DNA of 64,000 bases, taken from the NCBI GenBank assembly GCA_012839765.1, contig DUMW01000031.1, positions 11,829 through 75,828 on the forward strand. The letters run 5' to 3'. The notes below the pieces were generated by a model that worked only from the letters and a program-made list of their open reading frames with translations, searched no databases and was not told the DNA's origin. Shown here piece by piece: positions 58,420-64,000 of the stretch; position 1 is the stretch's first letter; every line of letters begins with the position of its first letter. Position numbers and translations under genes: made by a program. This stretch comes from Bacillota bacterium (GTDB lineage Bacteria > Bacillota > Limnochordia > DUMW01).

Positions 58420-58785
58420 ATGGCGTGGCAGAAGCGGATAAACTGGTTGGGCTTTCTGGGCTTCCTGGGCTTTTTGGGTTTTCTTAAGTCTTCCCAAGGG
58501 GAACCGCAGTACATCTTCTTTGTCTTCTTTTCCTTCTTTGCCTATTTTCTCCCTACCCCGTCCCGCTGGGAGCCGGCGATGGAACACCGTCTGTTCTCCT
58601 GGATGGTTTCCATCTACTCGATTTTGCTCTTCCTGTTGTATATCCTCTTGGTTCTCAACAAGACAATCTTCCATGTGACCTCCATCTCTATCCATACCGT
58701 GGAACTGGTGGTTTCTATCTTCCTCGCGGTGACCACGGTGCTGTTTGTCTTCCTACGGTACGTTATCTCCAAAGGGGGGAAATGA
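58420..58785 (+). CDS. small multi-pass membrane protein with LGF repeats (DUF3796-like)
   Basis: WLGFLGFLGFLGFL, FFVFFSFF; AAGGAGG RBS. Confidence 0.7.
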   Translation: MAWQKRINWLGFLGFLGFLGFLKSSQGEPQYIFFVFFSFFAYFLPTPSRWEPAMEHRLFSWMVSIYSILLFLLYILLVLNKTIFHVTSISIHTVELVVSIFLAVTTVLFVFLRYVISKGGK

Positions 58786-58940
58786 GTAGTTTCTTTTGGG
58801 TCGACGGGAATTTGGAAATAGGGTATAGTGGGTTCGGTAGCCGTTGGCTTTGGAGGATAAAGGACCGATGGAGGGGATGACCGCAAGCCAAGGGGTCATC
58901 CCCTCCACAGAGGATTCTTCCAAATGCCATGGGAGGATGA

Positions 58941-59702
58941 GTGGAAGTCATGGTGGATCGGAACAGATTGCGACAGGAGTGGCTCGCCCTGGCTCCGGCC
59001 TGGATTAGGGAGTGCCGGGAGGGGAAAAACTCGGTGCGGGCGGGTATGTTGGACGCGGTGATGCTGGAGGCCTGTGGGACTGTGACGGGCTTACGGGTCT
59101 TGGACTCTGGGTGTGGTGAAGGGCGCTTTTGCCGGATGCTAGTGGAACGGGGCGCCGCCTATGTACTGGGTTTGGATCTGTGTCCGCCTATGATCGAAGC
59201 CGCCCGGCAATTGCAGTCCCAAAGAGACGAATACCGAGTGGCGGATGTCCAGGATCTGAGTTTCCTGGAAAGTGAAACCTTTGATCTGGCCGTTTCATAT
59301 CTTAATCACTGTGACCTTCCGGACTTTGCTGCTAATACAAGGGAGATCTTCCGGGTGCTTAAGGGGGGCGGTCGGTTCGTAATTGCCAATCTGCACCCCA
59401 TGCGGTCCGCCTCGGGAAAGTGGTACCGGGACGATCAGGGCAATAAGCTCCACGTGATCCTAGACGACTACTTCGACGAAGGGGAACGGCACTGGACCAT
59501 GCTGGGGGTAGAGTTCACTAATTTCCACCGTTCCCTGTCAACGTGTATCAATAGCTTTATTGAGACAGGCTTTTCCCTGGTAAGGCTGATCGAACCGACG
59601 GTGACCGAGGAGCAGTTGGTTCCGTATCCGGATTTGGATGATGAGATGCGTGTACCCAACTTCATCGTTTTTGTCCTGGAAAAGCCCGAGGGTGCTAGGT
59701 AA
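58941..59702 (+). CDS. class I SAM-dependent methyltransferase
   Basis: VLDSGCGEG, GLDL, ADVQDL, FDLAVS, RVLKGGG. Confidence 0.88.
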   Translation: MEVMVDRNRLRQEWLALAPAWIRECREGKNSVRAGMLDAVMLEACGTVTGLRVLDSGCGEGRFCRMLVERGAAYVLGLDLCPPMIEAARQLQSQRDEYRVADVQDLSFLESETFDLAVSYLNHCDLPDFAANTREIFRVLKGGGRFVIANLHPMRSASGKWYRDDQGNKLHVILDDYFDEGERHWTMLGVEFTNFHRSLSTCINSFIETGFSLVRLIEPTVTEEQLVPYPDLDDEMRVPNFIVFVLEKPEGAR

Positions 59703-59794
59703 AGATGCCAGATGAGCGGTTTAGCGGTTGTTTTGAGGGTTATTGACTGCTTTCCAGCAGTGTGATAGGATAGGAAAGGACAAGTGAATAAAGG

Positions 59795-59900
59795 CTCATC
59801 GAGAGTGGTGGAGGGACTGGCCCAATGAAACCCGGCAACCGGTGGAATAATCCCACAAGGTGCTAAATCCTGCAGAATGGTAACCGTTCTGAGAGATGAG
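59795..59900 (+). ncRNA. SAM-I (S-box) riboswitch aptamer
   Basis: CTCATCGAGAG-TGGTGGAGGGACTGGCCCAATGAAACC-CGGCAACC...GGTGCTAAATCCTGCAG...CTGAGAGATGAG upstream of metK. Confidence 0.95.
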
Positions 59901-59920
59901 ATTACTATAGCAAAACTAGT

Positions 59921-59954
59921 TGACCTCATCCGTAAGCGCGGTGAGGTCATTTTT
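59921..59954 (+). terminator. riboswitch expression-platform terminator
   Basis: TGACCTCA...TGAGGTCA followed by TTTTT; CTCATC(59925-59930) can pair with aptamer GATGAG as antiterminator. Confidence 0.85.
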
Positions 59955-59968
59955 GTATGGAGGTCAAA

Positions 59969-61183
59969 ATGTTGACAGGCAAAAGGGATTTCTTGTTTAC
60001 TTCTGAATCGGTGACCGAAGGTCATCCGGACAAAATGTGTGATCAGATTTCCGATGCCATCCTGGATGCCATCATCGCCCAGGACCCCGAGGCGCGGGTG
60101 GCCTGCGAGGTGGCCGTTACAACAGGGATGGTCCTGGTGATGGGAGAGATCAGCACCGTGGCCCAGGTGGACATCCCCAAACTGGTCCGAAACACCATTC
60201 GGGAGATCGGCTATGATCGGGCTAAATACGGGTTTGATGCTGACACCTGCGCGGTGCTGGTCGCCCTCGATGAGCAGTCGCCAGATATTTCCATGGGTGT
60301 GCAGCGGGCCTTGGAAGTGCGCAACCAGGTGGACGGCAACTCCAGACTGGAATACCTGGGGGCAGGGGATCAGGGCCTGATGTTCGGGTACGCCTGCGAT
60401 GAAACCCCTGAACTGATGCCTTTGCCCATTGCCCTGGCCCATCGGTTAGCCCAGCGGCTGAGCCAGGTGAGAAAGTCCGGGGAGCTGGCCTATCTGCGTC
60501 CCGACGGGAAGGCGCAGGTGACGGTGCAGTATCGGGATGACCGACCGGTGCGGATTGATACGGTGGTGGTCTCCACCCAGCATAGCCCCGAGATTACCAG
60601 AGAACAGTTGGAGCGGGATCTTTTGCACCATGTGATTAACCCACTTCTACCAGCGGACTTGGTGGATGGGGAGACGAAGTATCATATTAACCCCACCGGC
60701 CGGTTCGTGATTGGTGGTCCCCAGGGTGACGCGGGCCTGACGGGAAGGAAGATTATCGTGGATACTTACGGGGGTATGGCCAGACATGGGGGCGGGGCCT
60801 TCTCGGGCAAGGATCCCACCAAGGTAGATCGGTGTGCCGCCTATGCCGCCCGGTATGTGGCCAAGAACATCGTGGCTGCGGGCTTGGCTAGCCGGTGTGA
60901 GATCCAGGTGGCCTATGCCATCGGGATGATGCATCCGGTTTCCCTCATGGTAGACACCTTTGGGACCGGGATCATCTCCGATGGGGAGATTACGGCGTTG
61001 GTCCGCAAGAACTTTGACCTGCGGCCCGGGGCGATCATTCGGGACTTGGATTTAAGAAGGCCCATCTACCGTCAGGTGGCGGCCTATGGTCATTTCGGCC
61101 GGCCGGATTTGGACTTGCCCTGGGAGAGGATCGACAAAGCTGAGCTGCTGCGGCAACAGGTTTCCAGTACTGTCCGGAACTGA
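59969..61183 (+). CDS. metK: S-adenosylmethionine synthetase
   Basis: [48 protein letters not shown]; ATG 59969 after GGAGGT. Confidence 0.98.
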   Translation: MLTGKRDFLFTSESVTEGHPDKMCDQISDAILDAIIAQDPEARVACEVAVTTGMVLVMGEISTVAQVDIPKLVRNTIREIGYDRAKYGFDADTCAVLVALDEQSPDISMGVQRALEVRNQVDGNSRLEYLGAGDQGLMFGYACDETPELMPLPIALAHRLAQRLSQVRKSGELAYLRPDGKAQVTVQYRDDRPVRIDTVVVSTQHSPEITREQLERDLLHHVINPLLPADLVDGETKYHINPTGRFVIGGPQGDAGLTGRKIIVDTYGGMARHGGGAFSGKDPTKVDRCAAYAARYVAKNIVAAGLASRCEIQVAYAIGMMHPVSLMVDTFGTGIISDGEITALVRKNFDLRPGAIIRDLDLRRPIYRQVAAYGHFGRPDLDLPWERIDKAELLRQQVSSTVRN

Positions 61184-61806
61184 ACAATGAGGACCGTTAG
61201 TCTATCCGGTGATTGCACCGTTTAAAGGCAGCTGGATATTACTCTGCGGTGATCCATGTCCTTCGGGTATCCCCATCCCCTAAAAGGAGAAGTCGACTGG
61301 GCACCTGCACCGGTTAAGGACTATTCCCGTTGAACACTTTCCTTTTGTACCGCCCGGAAGCGTATGTGTGAAGCTGGTGGCAAGGTGTCCAGACGTGCTT
61401 TTCTATCCGCGGATGATGCCCAAGGTCCTTATTAGTTCTTTCTGGTATTATCATTCAAGCGGTGTTTTGGTTATCCACATACAAGCTTCCCCACCGTCTC
61501 CCGGCCAAGACCAGGCGAAAAAAGTCGGCTATTCGTCCTTTCTTTGTTTACCCTAGCGCGTTTCAGCCGGCCCGTCTTGGCGTCTCCTCTAGCGTTCAAA
61601 GGTCTGTGGTGAGAATACTGTGAAATCTGGAAAGGTTAACAGTTTCTTAAAAGACGAAGCGTATGCTGTTGTTAAGGTCTTGTTTGCCCGCGGTAGTTTC
61701 GTTGTCCAGTGGGGTTCATCGGGCTAGGGTTTTATGTTGGCACGGGAAAGGTTGTGAACTAAGGGGCCTTGTGCAGGCTTGGCTTGTTAATAGGGGGTTG
61801 AACATA

Positions 61807-63024
61807 ATGCAGAAGAAAAAGTGGTTTTTGGTGACGCAGATAACAGAGAACCTAAGGGGTGCCGTTCTCCAGAACAGGGAATGCATCAAGAGAGTACCGC
61901 TGCCATCTGTCTGCTTGGTCACACTGGTCTGTTTCCTTCTTTTCAGTGTGGCGGTCCAGGCCCAAGGTTCCGCACCGCTGGAACCTACCAATGGTACAGG
62001 GTCTAATCTTGCTTTTTTAGAGCCTCCAGAGGGACGGGTCTACCATGGGGCCTCACCCCATACCGCAGACGTGGATGCTTACATTGCGGCCCTGGGGGAT
62101 CCTGACCTTTATCCCGCGGTGGAGGGCATACATGCGGCCGTCCCCGGGACCAGACCTCGGTACCTGGAACGGACCATCCGGGAGTTTCTGGAACGGGTCA
62201 GGGCTGCAGGACGGATTCCCCATTTGTCCTTTTCTATGAGCATCGGGGATGGTGAACCGGTGGATGATGTGATCGCCCTAAGTGATCGATACGACGACTT
62301 GATCCGGACCGTGGGCCGGGTGATCCGGGATTACGGTGATCCGGTGTTTGTGCGGATCGGTTTTGAGTTCAACGGTGCCTGGAATGGCTATCACCCGGGG
62401 GTGTATCCAGTGGCCTTCCGCAAGTTTGTAGATCTCCTGCGGGAGGAGGGCGCGGACAACTTCGCCACCATCTGGTGCTATGAGCCCAATGGGCCCGGTG
62501 ACTTCGATGCCCTGGATTCCGACGGCCAGCCCCTTTGGTATCCGGGGGACGACTATGTAGATTGGTTTGGCCTGGATCTGTTTTACCACACCTATTTCGA
62601 TCCCGATGCCGAACCTCTCTTCCGGGGTATGGAGGGGGGACGACGGGAAGGACGTGGTAGTCTTCGGGTCCAAGAGAGTCCCTATGAGCGGGCTGTGCAG
62701 TTTCTGGAGATGGCGCGACGGCACGGGAAACCGGTCTTCCTGTCGGAAGTGGCGGCGGTGGATGCCCACCTAACCCCGGACGATGCCGATCCAGGCTTTG
62801 CCGATGGGAAGGCAGATTGGGAACTGTGGTTTGAGCCGTTCTTTGCTTTTCTAGCTGCCCATCCCCAAATCAAAGGCTTTAACTATATGAGTCAGGATTA
62901 CCGGGGGACTCGGTACGAAGACCTGGGCTGGGGTGATGCTCGGATCCAGATCAATAGTTTCGTGAGGGAACAGTGGATCAAAACCCTCCGGGACCACCGT
63001 TTCATACACGCGACGGATCTATGA
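61807..63024 (+). CDS. secreted glycoside hydrolase, GH26-like (clan GH-A)
   Basis: PVFVRIGFEFNG (acid/base), WYPGDDYVDWFGLD, KPVFLSEV (nucleophile); hydrophobic signal ending VQA. Start uncertain. Confidence 0.8.
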   Translation: MQKKKWFLVTQITENLRGAVLQNRECIKRVPLPSVCLVTLVCFLLFSVAVQAQGSAPLEPTNGTGSNLAFLEPPEGRVYHGASPHTADVDAYIAALGDPDLYPAVEGIHAAVPGTRPRYLERTIREFLERVRAAGRIPHLSFSMSIGDGEPVDDVIALSDRYDDLIRTVGRVIRDYGDPVFVRIGFEFNGAWNGYHPGVYPVAFRKFVDLLREEGADNFATIWCYEPNGPGDFDALDSDGQPLWYPGDDYVDWFGLDLFYHTYFDPDAEPLFRGMEGGRREGRGSLRVQESPYERAVQFLEMARRHGKPVFLSEVAAVDAHLTPDDADPGFADGKADWELWFEPFFAFLAAHPQIKGFNYMSQDYRGTRYEDLGWGDARIQINSFVREQWIKTLRDHRFIHATDL

Positions 63025-63077
63025 GTTGGTTCCTATCTTCTTGCCAAGCCTCTTCTGAAAAGAACCGCAGGGACGAG

Positions 63078-63462
63078 GTGGTGACTAATCTCGTTTCCTG
63101 CGGATTTTACCATTTCTCCCCTTAATCTCCTCCTGAAACCCGTAGTGGATTCCATGAGGCTATCCACCCGCTGGAAGGGGATATTTATGAAGTGGAGGCC
63201 AAAAACCTGCTGATGGAGAAAGAAGAGGTTTACCTGATTCTCCGTCCTCCCGCAGCCGATGTGAGGTGAGTTGGTGTTTAACGGTTAGGTAAACGGAGAC
63301 AAAGGGATGGAGGATATCGGCTGGGAGTGGTTCGTTCCTTTGACCGGTGCAGTGCCCCACCGCATACCCAATGCCCCGAAAACTGATCGAAATGGAGATT
63401 GGTTTACGATCTACGTAAACAGCATTGAGTTCGTCGCCCCAGAGGCCAAGGCATCCATCTGA
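63078..63462 (+). pseudogene. possible degraded gene remnant
   Basis: Protein-like reading (…HPLEGDIYEVEAKNLL…VYLILRPP / GELVFNG*VNGDKGMEDIGWEWF…DGDWF-like NGDWFTIYVNSIEFV) interrupted by stops and one frameshift. Confidence 0.25.
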
Positions 63463-64000
63463 TGACTTGGATTCAAGTGGGATGCTCCTGCATCAGTTGG
63501 GATTTGGTTGAAGGCCAGAATAGGGACTGAAGCCCAAGGTGATGATGGTTCAACGGGTTCCCACTTTGGGAGCCTGTTTCTGGATAAGCGCGGGCTTGGG
63601 CTTGGACAGTTGACCGGTATGGTGAAATCAGGGCTGGGGGTCTTGCTAAAAACTGCTAGTATAAATATGCAGTACCTTTCTTGGCTTTCGCTTTCCGTTT
63701 GATTATAATTAATACGGATACGCCCAAGAAGAGGCATTCTTGTCGGTTTTTCCATTAGCATGCACTCATGTAATTGCGTTGGTTAAATTTTCATCTTGTA
63801 AGGTGTTCATCCTGCGCGCATATATCCTGAGGGAATCTGCAAAACTCTATTGATGCTGGCTTGAAAGTCAATCCTGTCTAAGGTCTACGGGCAAGGTAGT
63901 TGTGTTGGGTGAGTGGGTGAAACTATTGAGAGACGTAAAACTAGAAGCATTGTTGCTGGAACTGGAGCTTACGCAAAGCCGCCTTGATAAGATCTCAAAG

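Noticed and set aside
61471-61479. Perfect DnaA box TTATCCACA
   Set aside because: A single copy with no cluster or AT-rich unwinding element; compatible with chance in 64 kb.
61628-61641. cre-like site TGGAAAGGTTAACA upstream of the GH26 gene
   Set aside because: Mismatches at conserved positions, including the central CG; too weak to call.
63411-63761. 116-aa minus-strand and 64-aa plus-strand ORFs near the window end
   Set aside because: No motifs or convincing RBS; low coding plausibility.
63838-63910. c-di-GMP-I riboswitch-like words (GCAAAAC, GAAA, GTCTAAGG)
   Set aside because: The order and stems do not fit the P1/P2/P3 consensus by eye; an Infernal scan would settle it.
1-64000. 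CRISPR arrays, rRNA, IS elements, prophage genes
   Set aside because: No regularly spaced repeats, rRNA-like sequence, or transposase, integrase or phage motifs were seen.

Overview
Chromosomal window of an endospore-forming Bacillota (Firmicutes) bacterium with fairly GC-rich coding sequence. The ctsR-mcsA-mcsB-clpC-radA-disA-carD-yacL-ispDF-gltX order and sigG/sigF/sigH-like promoters support this. A binding protein with no lipobox hints at a diderm lineage such as Limnochordia (inference). Contents in order: ftsH-folB, htrA, birA, an orphan AbrB-type gene, iscS-thiI, a sigG-type small gene opposite a tandem Myb/SANT (RsfA-like) regulator, and a peptidoglycan cluster (femX-like plus atypical alr, divergent from dacF-like plus spoVD/ftsI-like). 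Then an accessory block of secreted proteins (orphan sugar-type SBP, two paralogous gluzincins), a Na/Pi transporter, the class III heat-shock operon and its neighbours, paaK-iorA-iorB-paaK-ACT, galT-like-glgA, small ORFs, ogt, an M1 peptidase, araB, ldh and pepF. The window ends with a NarL-type two-component system facing an ABC-2 exporter, SAM-I riboswitch-metK and a GH26-like hydrolase. No CRISPR array, rRNA, transposase or integrase was seen. The most striking observation is a 72-nt tRNA-Gly(CCC)-like gene on the minus strand (22618-22689). It keeps the GlyRS identity elements but has a UGC T-loop, no D-loop GG, an A51-U63 pair and a shortened anticodon arm. These features resemble the non-proteinogenic tRNA-Gly used by Fem ligases, and a FemX-family gene lies about 11 kb away. 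All calls come from reading motifs by eye; no searches were run.
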